Source of the DNA: Gammaproteobacteria bacterium
GTDB lineage: Bacteria > Pseudomonadota > Gammaproteobacteria > Burkholderiales > SG8-39
Reading direction: 5' to 3'
Assembly: GCA_041499655.1 (NCBI GenBank)
Contig: JBGQKQ010000002.1
Coordinates: 1 to 62,213 of the forward strand
Length of the DNA stretch: 62,213 nt
Every line of letters starts with the position of its first letter. Position 1 is the stretch's first letter. Below are positions 47,420-56,458 of the stretch, in pieces. The position numbers were made by a program, and so were the translations under genes. The notes under the pieces were generated by a model that was not told where the DNA came from, did no database searches, and was given only the letters and a program-made list of their open reading frames with translations.

Positions 47420-48056
47420 GCGCCGACGGAGCGGGCTGGGACGGCACCGCCATGCCGCGTTTCACCGCGGACCTCGCGCCGATCGTGTCGAACCAGCGCT
47501 TCACCTCGGGAAAGATGTTCAAGTCGGTCTTGTGCCACTCGTGGCGCGCCACCCAGGGATAGGTCGCGATGTCGGCGATCGAGTACTCGCCAGCGAGGTA
47601 CTCGGCCTCGCGCAGGCGCTTGTCGAGCACACCGTAGAGCCGGTCTTTCTCCTTGGTGTAGCGCTCGATCGCATACGGCACCGGCTCCTTGGCGTAGCGC
47701 ACGAAGTGGTGAACCTGGCCGAAGATCGGGCCGACGTGGCCCATCTGGAACATCAGCCATTGCAGCGCGAGGTACTTGCCACGATCGTCCTTGGGCAGGA
47801 ATTTTCCGGTCTTCGCCGAAAGGTAGACGAGGATCGCGCCCGATTCCATCATCCGGATGGGCTTGCCCCCGGGACCGTCGGGATCGACGATCGATGGGAT
47901 CTTGGCGTTGGGATTGATCGCCACGTAGTCAGGAGCGAACTGCTCCCGCGCGCCGATGTTGATCTTATGAACGTTGTAGGCGAGGCCGCATTCCTCGAGC
48001 ATCACGGAGACCTTGCGGCCGTTGGGCGTGCCCCAAGTGTACAACTCGATCATCAT
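47397..48056 (-). CDS. yfcG: Nu-class glutathione S-transferase (YfcG-like disulfide reductase)
   Basis: Near-collinear similarity to E. coli YfcG as I recall it: IELYTWGTPNGRKVSVMLEE...ESGAILVYL...LQWLMFQMGHVGPIFGQVHHF...PYAIERY...SIADIATYPW. Confidence 0.8.
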   Translation of the reverse strand: MMIELYTWGTPNGRKVSVMLEECGLAYNVHKINIGAREQFAPDYVAINPNAKIPSIVDPDGPGGKPIRMMESGAILVYLSAKTGKFLPKDDRGKYLALQWLMFQMGHVGPIFGQVHHFVRYAKEPVPYAIERYTKEKDRLYGVLDKRLREAEYLAGEYSIADIATYPWVARHEWHKTDLNIFPEVKRWFDTIGARSAVKRGMAVPSQPAPSAPSPSGRA

Positions 48057-48078
48057 TCTCTCCTGTTAAAGTAACCGC

Positions 48079-48273
48079 ATGCTGAAGTGGGTTCTCGTGC
48101 TCGTGATCGCGCTCATCGTCCTCACTGCGCTCGCGCCGTGGCTGTCGCGGTTCGGGCTGGGCCGACTGCCCGGAGATCTCACGGTGCGCTACAAAGGGCG
48201 GCTCTATTACCTGCCCCTCACCAGCACCATACTGCTGTCGCTCGCCCTCACCCTGATCACGCGCATCCTCTGA
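48079..48273 (+). CDS. DUF2905 family small membrane protein
   Basis: 64 aa. LGRLPGDLTVRYKGRLYYLPLTSTILLSLALTL. Confidence 0.7.
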   Translation: MLKWVLVLVIALIVLTALAPWLSRFGLGRLPGDLTVRYKGRLYYLPLTSTILLSLALTLITRIL

Positions 48274-49655
48274 GGATCCGGCGCGTATCCGGCTTCCAGG
48301 CGCTTTTCGAGCGCGGCGAGCTTCTTTCGCATCGCGCTCCCCATCGCGATCTGCGGATTGGACGGCGGATACCCTTCGGCGCGCTCGCGTTCGCTCACCG
48401 TTTTCTTCGCCGCGTCGAACGCCTCGGCGAACGAGAAGGTCTCGCGCAGCGCCTCGTCGTAGAGCGCCTCGCTGAACCAGGTGTAATCGCTGTCGTAGTT
48501 GCAGCCGAAGGAAGAATGGAGCGCGTCGGCGGCGGTGATGACTAGAGTGTTGTCGTCCCTGAGGGGCTCGACGAAGCCGCCGGAGAAGCACGCCGAAATG
48601 ACGATCACCTTCCATTTGATGCCGCTGTCGGCGAGCATGCGGGCAAGCGAGCTCGGGGTGAGCTGGTCGAGCTCGAGCGGCGGGAGGTCGAACGCCAGCC
48701 GGTAGTCGCTGCTGCCGTGTGTCGCGATGTGAAGGAAAACGATGTCTTCCTCGGTATCGATGGTGTTGCCGAGGTAGGCGAGCGTGGCTCTCAGGTTGCT
48801 CACCGTGGCGATGGGTTGCTCCGTCAGCGATGCGGGGTTGTTGATCAGCACGACCGACCTTCCGGCGGTGTCGAAGCGCTCGTCGAGCAGCTCCTTGATC
48901 GAGGCGATTTCCGAGTAGAAGGTATCCTGGCCGCTGTCCGCCGCGACCCCGACGAAATACAGATCCTCGACACCCCGGCGCTCGGGCTCGAGAGCCGCGA
49001 GCCGCTCATCGAGCAGTCTCCCCTGCAGATGGAATACCTCCTCCTGGGTCAGGCGCGGCTCGCCTTCGTCGGCTTCGCCCTCTCCCGTGGCGACCCAGAG
49101 GTCCCCGCCGGGCGCCCGTTCCATGAGCCCCGCGAAAAGTGCGGCGAACAGGGCCAGCGCAAGCGCCGAGCGGCCTCCTCTCCATCCGGTGAGAACGATC
49201 TGGCCGCGCACGACGGCGGCGAAGGCCCAGGCGACGAACACCCAGTCCGCGGCCCTCGCGTAGGACGCGAACGCATCGAGATCGGAGAGGAAATCGAGCA
49301 CGGTCCCCGCGCTCAGGAAGGTCGGGACGCCGGCGACGAAGACCAGGGCGAACGCGGTGGCGAGCCGGGCTTCGCGGAACACCAGCGCGCCCGCAATGCA
49401 CGCGCAGAGCAGGAGCGGAATCGCGGCAAGCGCCCCGGTGAGCGCACGCATGTCGATGGTCCCGGGGAAACCCTGGCGCACGACGCCCAGCACGAGCCAC
49501 AGCGCAAGGCATGTGGCCCCCAGCCCAACCAGCTGTCCGATGGAAACGCGGAAGTCGAGCGCGCGCACCGGAAGGAACAGCGCGAGCCGCAAACCGGCCA
49601 GAAGATTCTTCGCCAGCCCGCGCCCGAGCAGGGCCGCGTCGGACTTGGGCTTCAT
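48207..49655 (-). CDS. Peptidase C13 (legumain-like, clan CD) domain protein with a polytopic N-terminal membrane domain
   Basis: ATG 49655 forms ATGA with the cca stop. Product is 482 aa. The catalytic dyad context is FLHIATHGS and VIVISACFSGGF. The track start 49847 is over-extended. Confidence 0.75.
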   Translation of the reverse strand: MKPKSDAALLGRGLAKNLLAGLRLALFLPVRALDFRVSIGQLVGLGATCLALWLVLGVVRQGFPGTIDMRALTGALAAIPLLLCACIAGALVFREARLATAFALVFVAGVPTFLSAGTVLDFLSDLDAFASYARAADWVFVAWAFAAVVRGQIVLTGWRGGRSALALALFAALFAGLMERAPGGDLWVATGEGEADEGEPRLTQEEVFHLQGRLLDERLAALEPERRGVEDLYFVGVAADSGQDTFYSEIASIKELLDERFDTAGRSVVLINNPASLTEQPIATVSNLRATLAYLGNTIDTEEDIVFLHIATHGSSDYRLAFDLPPLELDQLTPSSLARMLADSGIKWKVIVISACFSGGFVEPLRDDNTLVITAADALHSSFGCNYDSDYTWFSEALYDEALRETFSFAEAFDAAKKTVSERERAEGYPPSNPQIAMGSAMRKKLAALEKRLEAGYAPDPQRMRVIRVRASDSSMVLVRGR

Positions 49656-50791
49656 CGCCGGCCGCTTGTCTCGATTGCCGCGATTCGCGCACCGCGGATT
49701 TCCGCTGCGACCGCCGCCTTTTCGCTCCGCGAGGCGATCGCCCCGGCATCCACGCCCGCGGCCGCGGCGAGCGAGCGTCGCAGCATCGCGGCCGGTGGAT
49801 ACGGTATGGGCACCCAGCCGCGCCGACCGCGCTCGGCGCAGGCGCACAGGGCAAGCAGCTCCTCGAAGCGCCCGGGGCGGCGGAATGCGTCGCAGCGCTC
49901 GAGCAGTCCGAGGAGATCAGGCGCGTGGAGCGAGGGCGCACGCCTCAGGACGTCGGCGTGCCGATGCGCGAGCAGCCCGAGATCGCGGCAGTCGCCCGGC
50001 GCCTTGAAACGCTCGCACAACGCGCTCGCGGCATCCGAGGAAGGCGCGCAGAGCACAAGCAGCGCGAAGCGTGGAGCGAGGGCAAGGCGCTCTCCCGCGG
50101 CGCATTGGAGCGAGCGCACGAGCACGCGCGAGGCGTCGTTCGCCGGCCTTCCGTCCTCGAACACGAGCCCCAGCTCGGGCAGGAGCTTTCCGAGCAGGCC
50201 CGCCTGCGCGAGCACGGCGAACATGAGTGCGGGGTCGCCTTCCATCAGGCCGCGGGAGAATTCCTGCCACACGCGCTCGGGCACCAGCGCCTCGGCTTCG
50301 CCGTTGGCCACCATCGAGCGCATCAGCGCCATGGTCTCGGGCGCGACCAAAAAGCCGAAGCGCGCCGCGAAACGCGCAACGCGCAGGATCCGGACCGGGT
50401 CTTCGACGAACGCGGGACTCACGTGCCGCAACAGCCCGCGCTCCAGGTCGGCCGCTCCCCCGAAGGGGTCGACCAGCCGCCCGCCTTCGTCGCGCGCCAT
50501 GGCGTTGATGGTCAGATCGCGCCGCTCGAGGTCCTGCTCGAGGGTCACGTCGGGCGCTGCGTGGATCTGGAATCCCTTGTAGCCGCGCGCGACCTTGCGT
50601 TCGGTGCGCGCGAGGGCGTACTCCTCATGGGTTTTCGGATGCAGGAAGACGGGAAAGTCCTTGCCTACGGGTTTGTATCCCAGGCGCTCCATCTCCTCGG
50701 GAGTGCCTCCGACCACCACGTAGTCGCGATCGGATACCCGAAGTCCGAGGAGCTCGTCGCGCACCGCGCCGCCGACAGCGTAGATCTTCAC
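49652..50791 (-). CDS. cca: CCA-adding tRNA nucleotidyltransferase
   Basis: 379 aa. MKIYAVGGAVRDELLGLRVSDRDYVVVG...DLERRDLTINAMA. Confidence 0.9.
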   Translation of the reverse strand: MKIYAVGGAVRDELLGLRVSDRDYVVVGGTPEEMERLGYKPVGKDFPVFLHPKTHEEYALARTERKVARGYKGFQIHAAPDVTLEQDLERRDLTINAMARDEGGRLVDPFGGAADLERGLLRHVSPAFVEDPVRILRVARFAARFGFLVAPETMALMRSMVANGEAEALVPERVWQEFSRGLMEGDPALMFAVLAQAGLLGKLLPELGLVFEDGRPANDASRVLVRSLQCAAGERLALAPRFALLVLCAPSSDAASALCERFKAPGDCRDLGLLAHRHADVLRRAPSLHAPDLLGLLERCDAFRRPGRFEELLALCACAERGRRGWVPIPYPPAAMLRRSLAAAAGVDAGAIASRSEKAAVAAEIRGARIAAIETSGRR

Positions 50792-50803
50792 GCTGCCCAG
50801 GTC

Positions 50804-51754
50804 CTAGCGGCCGGCCCTGTAGCGGAACCAGCTGTAGCGCGAGCGCGGGAAGGCCCCGCGAAGGTAGACGGGCGCCACCGTCTCGAGGGGCGTGGGCCGG
50901 ATGGAGAACGGAAAAGGACTGTCGCAGACGCTGTCGACCTTCATCGAATTGAAGTTGTCGCGCGACATGAGCTTCGCCCCGGGCTTGTACTCCATCGCCC
51001 AGGCCTGAAGGAAGGACAGACGGTCCGACAGGCCGATCACGGGCCGCGGGTGGCCGCTCGCGCTTCCGGCATAGGCGGCGAGCTCGCGCAGCGTGTAGAC
51101 GTGCGGCCCGCCCAGGTCATAGCGTTTGCCTATGCTGTCCCGGTCGGCGAGGCTGGCAGCGAAGCAGCGCGCCACGTCCTCCACGTACACCGGCTGGAAT
51201 CGCGCCCGGGGACTGGGGAGCAGGAGCAGCGGCAGCCAGCGCTGCAGCCGGGCGAAGGTGTTCAGGAACCGGTCCTCGGGCCCGAAGATCACCGAAGGCC
51301 GGAATGCCGTCACCGCGAGCTCGTTCTGCGCCGAGAACACCCAGGTCTCGCCGTCTCCCTTGGAGCGCAGGTACTGGCTGGGACCCTCGGGATGGGCGTG
51401 CAGGGCGCTCATGTGCAGCAGGCGCGGAACCCGTTTCTTCCTGCACGCCTCGACGACCTTCTTCGGCAATTCGACGTGGACGTGCGCGAATTCCGGGCCG
51501 TAGGGATCGCCGCGACGGCCGTGGAGAATGCCGACCAGATTCACCACCGCGTCGCAGCCGGACGCGAGCTTCACCAGCGTTTCCAGGTCGTGCACGTCGG
51601 CCTGGACCACGTCCACGGTCGGCAGAAGGATCAGGTGCTTCGCGCGCTCGCGCTGGCGCGTGGGCACCACGACGAAATGCCCGGCGTCGACGAGATGGCG
51701 CACGAGATGCCGGCCGACGAAGCCGCTGCCGCCGATGACCAGAATCCGGCTCAT
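50804..51754 (-). CDS. NAD(P)-binding atypical SDR, NDUFA9-like family
   Basis: 316 aa. [23 protein letters not shown] Rossmann motif. Confidence 0.75.
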   Translation of the reverse strand: MSRILVIGGSGFVGRHLVRHLVDAGHFVVVPTRQRERAKHLILLPTVDVVQADVHDLETLVKLASGCDAVVNLVGILHGRRGDPYGPEFAHVHVELPKKVVEACRKKRVPRLLHMSALHAHPEGPSQYLRSKGDGETWVFSAQNELAVTAFRPSVIFGPEDRFLNTFARLQRWLPLLLLPSPRARFQPVYVEDVARCFAASLADRDSIGKRYDLGGPHVYTLRELAAYAGSASGHPRPVIGLSDRLSFLQAWAMEYKPGAKLMSRDNFNSMKVDSVCDSPFPFSIRPTPLETVAPVYLRGAFPRSRYSWFRYRAGR

Positions 51755-51827
51755 GAATGCCGCAAGGAACGTACTTGGCGAAAGTGCCTAGTTTAACCGC
51801 GAAGGCGCTCCCAAGCCGAGCGGCAAA

Positions 51828-53789
51828 CTACTGGACGACGGGCTCGCTCCGGATGGCGGCAACGCCTTCGGGGGTCCGGCGCGGAGATACCACGCCCAGG
51901 CGCGTCTTCAGCGGGGTCGGCTCGGTTCCGAGGACCGCGGCGTAGTAGACCGTGTTCGCCATGACCTTCTTGACGTAGTCGCGCGTCTCGACGAACGGGA
52001 TGGTCTCGGCGAAGATCGCGCCCTCCACCGGCGCGGTCCCGCGCCACAGCTTGGCCCGCGAGGGCCCGGCATTGTAGGCAGCCGCCGCGAGCACCGGGCT
52101 CCCGTCGAACTGATCGAGCACGTGGCGCAGGTAGTAAGTGCCCAGGGAGGCGTTGATTTCCGGCTCACGCAGTCGCGACCACGAGAAGTTCTTCAGGCGC
52201 ATCCTCTGCGCCGCCCACCTCGCCGTCGGGCGCATCACCTGCATCAGGCCGCTCGCCCCGGCCGAGGACTTCGCGCCGCTGATGAAGCGGCTTTCCTGGC
52301 GAATCACGCCCAGCACCCAGGACTCCTCCAGGTCGCGCGAGCGTGCCTTCTCTGCGAGCACCTCGCGGTACGGCGCGAGGTACCGCACCGAGAAATTGTG
52401 GGCGATGAGGGTCCGGTCGGCCGTGCTGATCGCCCGGTCCCAGGCCTCGTTGCGGCGCGCGAGCTCCGCGGCGGCGAGCAGCTTCCTGTCGTCCATGCCG
52501 CGTATGGTCCACAGCCACTCGCGCGTCGCTTCGGTACGCATATCGATGCGATAGAGCGCGAGCGCCCGAGCGAGACCCGGGATGGCTGCGACCTCGGCGA
52601 TCTCGGCCTCGGTAGGTAGCGGCGCCCGCGGCGGGATACGCAGGCTTACCCCCAGTTCGTCGGAGGCGAGCCGGCCGTAGAAGCTGTGCTCCGCGGCGAT
52701 GCGCTCGAAGTAGCCTTCGGCCTCGATGGGACTGCCGAGCTCGCGCTCAGCCCGCCCGTACCAGTAGGTCCATATCGCGTCGTTCCTGGCAACCGGAGAC
52801 ATGCGGTCGATGGAATTTCTGACCTCGGCCCAGTTCTCCGTCCGCAGCGCGATCCGCGCGCGCCAGGCGAGTTGCTCCTCGTTCAGGTTTCCGGCTTTGC
52901 CGAACCAGCCGAGCGCGTCGGGCACGTGGCGCTGCGCGCCGTTCATGGCGAGCATCAGCCACACGTATTTCGCGTCCTCCGCGGAGAATTTGTCGCTGAG
53001 GCCGCCGCTCCACAGCTTCGCCACCGCGAGCGGATCCGAGTCGGAAGCCAGCGTCACTGCGGCAATGACCAGCTCACGGTCGGCAACCTTGGTGAAATCT
53101 GCCTGCGTATTTTTCAGGAACCGGGCGGGCGCGCGAATGACCCCGCCGAGCCGCCGCGGGTCGATCGCCTCCCCGCGCGGCACGAACTCCAGGGAGCGCT
53201 TCGCCGCGCCGAGGAGGCCGGCGTCGACGAGCATGCGAAACCGCGCCCAGGCTTCGCCCGAGCCGATCTGGCCGGACTTGGCGAGCGCGCGCGCGAGCTG
53301 CAGGCAGCCGTCGGGAAGATCCCGCGGCGCGTTCCAGAACGACTTGAATTGATCGAGCGCAGGCGCGTCGTCGCGTTTCCAGCGCGAGAGCAGCGCGTAG
53401 CAGGTCACGTCCGGATCGTCGGCGGACAGCGCCGGATACTCTTCCTGGAAAAGCTCCCAGCGGCCGCTCTTTCCGAGCACCTTGAGCCAGTCGGTGCGCA
53501 ATTGCTCGGCGAGCGCGCTGCCGGGATATCGGGAGAAGAATTCGCGAACGTCTTCGGCCCGGGCGGCAGGCAGCCTCAGGAAAAGCTGCCAGTACTCGAC
53601 ATAGGGGGCGAGCACGTGACCCTCGATCTGCGGTGCCACTTGGGCGAGCCGGGCGCGATTGACCGCCTCGAACGCGTCGCGCGCGGCGAGCAAAGCGGCG
53701 TCCTGCGAATCGAGCTTCGCCGCATGAGCGAGTCCGGCCGCGGCCAGCAATACCGCCACCGCCGCGACCCGTGGCAATGCTGATTTCAA
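51828..53789 (-). CDS. slt: Soluble lytic murein transglycosylase (Slt70 family)
   Basis: Catalytic ESRFISGAKSSAGASGLMQVM and AAYNAGPSR. TTG 53789 is preceded by GGGAGGAAG and gives MKSALPRVAAVAVLLAAAGLAHA, a signal peptide. The track start 53855 would run to within 3 nt of the divergent MTHFS start at 53859, leaving no room for a promoter. Confidence 0.88.
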   Translation of the reverse strand: MKSALPRVAAVAVLLAAAGLAHAAKLDSQDAALLAARDAFEAVNRARLAQVAPQIEGHVLAPYVEYWQLFLRLPAARAEDVREFFSRYPGSALAEQLRTDWLKVLGKSGRWELFQEEYPALSADDPDVTCYALLSRWKRDDAPALDQFKSFWNAPRDLPDGCLQLARALAKSGQIGSGEAWARFRMLVDAGLLGAAKRSLEFVPRGEAIDPRRLGGVIRAPARFLKNTQADFTKVADRELVIAAVTLASDSDPLAVAKLWSGGLSDKFSAEDAKYVWLMLAMNGAQRHVPDALGWFGKAGNLNEEQLAWRARIALRTENWAEVRNSIDRMSPVARNDAIWTYWYGRAERELGSPIEAEGYFERIAAEHSFYGRLASDELGVSLRIPPRAPLPTEAEIAEVAAIPGLARALALYRIDMRTEATREWLWTIRGMDDRKLLAAAELARRNEAWDRAISTADRTLIAHNFSVRYLAPYREVLAEKARSRDLEESWVLGVIRQESRFISGAKSSAGASGLMQVMRPTARWAAQRMRLKNFSWSRLREPEINASLGTYYLRHVLDQFDGSPVLAAAAYNAGPSRAKLWRGTAPVEGAIFAETIPFVETRDYVKKVMANTVYYAAVLGTEPTPLKTRLGVVSPRRTPEGVAAIRSEPVVQ

Positions 53790-53858
53790 ATCACTTCCTC
53801 CCGCTCTAGAATACCATAGGGGGTTGCGGCTCCCGAGTGACGAAATACCGGACAATTC

Positions 53859-54548
53859 ATGAGGTTTTCCGAAATATCCCCGGAACTCTCAGCCTGGCGC
53901 AAGAGCGAGCGCGCCAGGCTGCTGCGCGAACGCAGCGGTCTCGCCGAGGATGTGCTCGCCGATTGGCGCTCGCGGATCGACATTCACATTGAACGCGCGT
54001 TCCCGGATCTGGTGCACGGAGTCCTCGCGTTCTGCTGGCCCTACAAGAACGAGTACGACGTGCGCCACCTCGCCGCCGCCCTGCGGCGCAGAGGAGCGAC
54101 GACCGCGATGCCGGTCGTCATGGCGCCGAAAACGCCGCTGATCTTTCGGGAATGGCATCCCGGCGTGAAACTCGCCGACGGGCCACTTGGAATTCCTTAC
54201 CCGGTCGACTCGCGCGAAGTACAGCCCGACCACGTGCTTCTTCCGATGCTCGGGTGGGATGCGGACGGATACCGACTCGGTTACGGCGGCGGGTTCTTCG
54301 ATCGCACCCTGGCGGCGCTCGCCAAGCGGCCGCGCGTGATCGGGGTCGCGTACGAGCGGGCGTACCTGAAGACCATCCGGCCGCAGCCGCACGACATTCC
54401 CGTCGATTTTGTCGTCACCGAGCGGGGCGTGTACCGCCGAGAGCCGGAAGGCCTCAAATTTCTCGACAACCCGCAGGGCTTCTCATCCCCGCCGTGCTAC
54501 GCCGGCGAGATGGCGCCGGGATATTTCGGCGAAGATCCGAAGCCCTAG
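53859..54548 (+). CDS. 5-formyltetrahydrofolate cyclo-ligase
   Basis: 229 aa. LLPMLGWDADGYRLGYGGGFFDRTLA motif. Confidence 0.82.
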   Translation: MRFSEISPELSAWRKSERARLLRERSGLAEDVLADWRSRIDIHIERAFPDLVHGVLAFCWPYKNEYDVRHLAAALRRRGATTAMPVVMAPKTPLIFREWHPGVKLADGPLGIPYPVDSREVQPDHVLLPMLGWDADGYRLGYGGGFFDRTLAALAKRPRVIGVAYERAYLKTIRPQPHDIPVDFVVTERGVYRREPEGLKFLDNPQGFSSPPCYAGEMAPGYFGEDPKP

Positions 54549-56080
54549 CCGAGAAACAATCGGTACGCAGGATTTCGGCTCTCATCGACGCAGGGGTAAC
54601 CCAGGGTCGTGAGAAATTGCCGGAATTCGCGCATCTCGTGGCGCGGCACCTGCATGCCGACCAGCACCCGGCCGTAGTCGCTGCCCTGGTTGCGGTAGTG
54701 GAACAGGCTGATGTTCCAGTCGGTGCGCATGTTCGAAAGAAATTTCATCAGCGCCCCGGGACGTTCGGGAAACTCGAACCGATACAGCAACTCGTCGGGC
54801 GCGCCGCGCGCGCCCTTCCTGATTTCTGCCGGGGCATGCCCTCCGACCAGGTGGCGCACGTGCAGCTTGGCCATTTCGTCGTCCGAAAGATCGAGCGTCT
54901 TGAGATCCTCGCGCTGGAGCGTCTTGACGATCCTCGCGGTCTCGTCGCGGTTGTGCACCTCGACGCCGACGAACACGTGCGCCTGCCTGGGATCGGCGAT
55001 GCGGTAGTTGAACTCGGTGATGTTGCGCGAGCCCAGCGTGGCGCAGAACTTCTTGAAGCTGCCGGGGCGCTCCGGGATCGTGACCGCGAGAATCGCCTCG
55101 CGATGCTCGCCGACCTCGGCGCGCTCCGCGACGAAGCGCAACCGGTCGAAATTGGTGTTCGCGCCCGAGGCGATGGCGACGAGCTTCTTGCCGCGCACGC
55201 CGGTGCGCTCGACGTAGGACTTCGCCCCGGCGATCGCGAGCGCCCCGGCAGGCTCGAGTATCGTGCGCGTGTCTTCGAACACATCCTTGATCGCGGCGCA
55301 GATCTGGTCGGTATTCACGAGGATCATTCCGTCGAGCAGCTCGCTGCATATCCGGAACGTCTCTTTGCCCACGTGCTTCACCGCGACGCCGTCGGCGAAC
55401 AGTCCTACGTGATCGAGTGCGACGCGCCGTCCGGCCTTCAATGATCGCGCCATGGCGTCGGCGTCGACCGGCTCGACCCCGATCACCTTGACCGAAGGAC
55501 GCAGGCGTTTGACGTAGCAAGCGATTCCCGAGATCAGGCCGCCGCCTCCGACCGGCACGAACACCGCGTGCGGCGGCTGTGACGATTGCCTCACGATCTC
55601 CATGCCTATCGTTCCCTGGCCGGCGATGACGTCCGGGTCGTCGTAGGGGTGCACGAAAGAGAGTCTGCGCGAGCGCCGGAGGCGCGACGCCTCTGTGTAG
55701 GCTTCGTCATAGGTATCGCCATGCAGGATCACCTCCGCCCCGCGCGCCTTGACCGCATCGATCTTGATCTTGGGGGTGGTGGAGGGCATCACGATCGTCG
55801 CGGCGCAGCTGAGCTTCTGCGCGGCGAGCGCCACGCCCTGGGCGTGGTTACCAGCCGACGAGGCGATCACGCCGCGTGCGAGCGCGGTGGCAGGGAGATT
55901 GACCATCTTGTTGTAGGCGCCGCGGCACTTGAAGGAGAACACCGGCTGCATGTCCTCGCGTTTCAGGAGCACCCGGTTGCCCAGCCGCGCAGAGAGATTG
56001 GGCGCGACTTCGAGAGGCGTCTCGTGCGCCACGTCGTAGACGCGCGCCCTCAGGATCCGCTCGAGATAGTCGTTTTTCAT
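54545..56080 (-). CDS. ilvA: Threonine ammonia-lyase, biosynthetic
   Basis: ATG 56080 (MKNDYLERILRARVYDVAHETPLE). FSFKCRGAYNKM (PLP lysine). Two C-terminal ACT-like regulatory repeats. 511 aa. Confidence 0.93.
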   Translation of the reverse strand: MKNDYLERILRARVYDVAHETPLEVAPNLSARLGNRVLLKREDMQPVFSFKCRGAYNKMVNLPATALARGVIASSAGNHAQGVALAAQKLSCAATIVMPSTTPKIKIDAVKARGAEVILHGDTYDEAYTEASRLRRSRRLSFVHPYDDPDVIAGQGTIGMEIVRQSSQPPHAVFVPVGGGGLISGIACYVKRLRPSVKVIGVEPVDADAMARSLKAGRRVALDHVGLFADGVAVKHVGKETFRICSELLDGMILVNTDQICAAIKDVFEDTRTILEPAGALAIAGAKSYVERTGVRGKKLVAIASGANTNFDRLRFVAERAEVGEHREAILAVTIPERPGSFKKFCATLGSRNITEFNYRIADPRQAHVFVGVEVHNRDETARIVKTLQREDLKTLDLSDDEMAKLHVRHLVGGHAPAEIRKGARGAPDELLYRFEFPERPGALMKFLSNMRTDWNISLFHYRNQGSDYGRVLVGMQVPRHEMREFRQFLTTLGYPCVDESRNPAYRLFLG

Positions 56081-56206
56081 GCGTTTCCCCTGACCCCCCA
56101 AAGGGGGTCCCTCGAATACCCCCTTTTGGGGGAGGCGCTACTCTACACGAGGCGGGGATTCTCTCCAACCGGGCGCGCGGGTAGAATGCGCGCGAGGGGG
56201 TGGCGC

Positions 56207-56458
56207 ATGCCGAAGCGCTCCACAAGGAAGGCGAAGCAGGCGTTCTGGGAACGCGGCTATCTGTCCCACGGCTATTGGCTGGGCAAGGAGCGTCTGGGCC
56301 TGGTTCAGCTCGGACCGAAGAAGGAATGGGACGGGGTGTACCGCTGGCAGGCTGGCAACCATTCCGGCGAAACGGCGACGCTGGAGGAGGCGAAGCGCGC
56401 GGTGGAGCAAGCGACCCTGATCGGAGCGAGTCAGCTCCGCTTGTTCGACAAGAACTAG
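56207..56458 (+). CDS. Hypothetical 83-aa protein
   Basis: ATG 56207 follows GAGGGGG and a TAGAAT box (56182-56187). High GC3 coding pattern. No family recognised. Confidence 0.5.
   Translation: MPKRSTRKAKQAFWERGYLSHGYWLGKERLGLVQLGPKKEWDGVYRWQAGNHSGETATLEEAKRAVEQATLIGASQLRLFDKN

Noticed and set aside
53790-53858. 6S RNA (ssrS), which sits immediately upstream of the 5-formyltetrahydrofolate cyclo-ligase gene in many proteobacteria
   Set aside because: Only ~70 nt separate the slt start from the cyclo-ligase ATG, far too little for a ~180-nt 6S RNA. I saw no extended hairpin.
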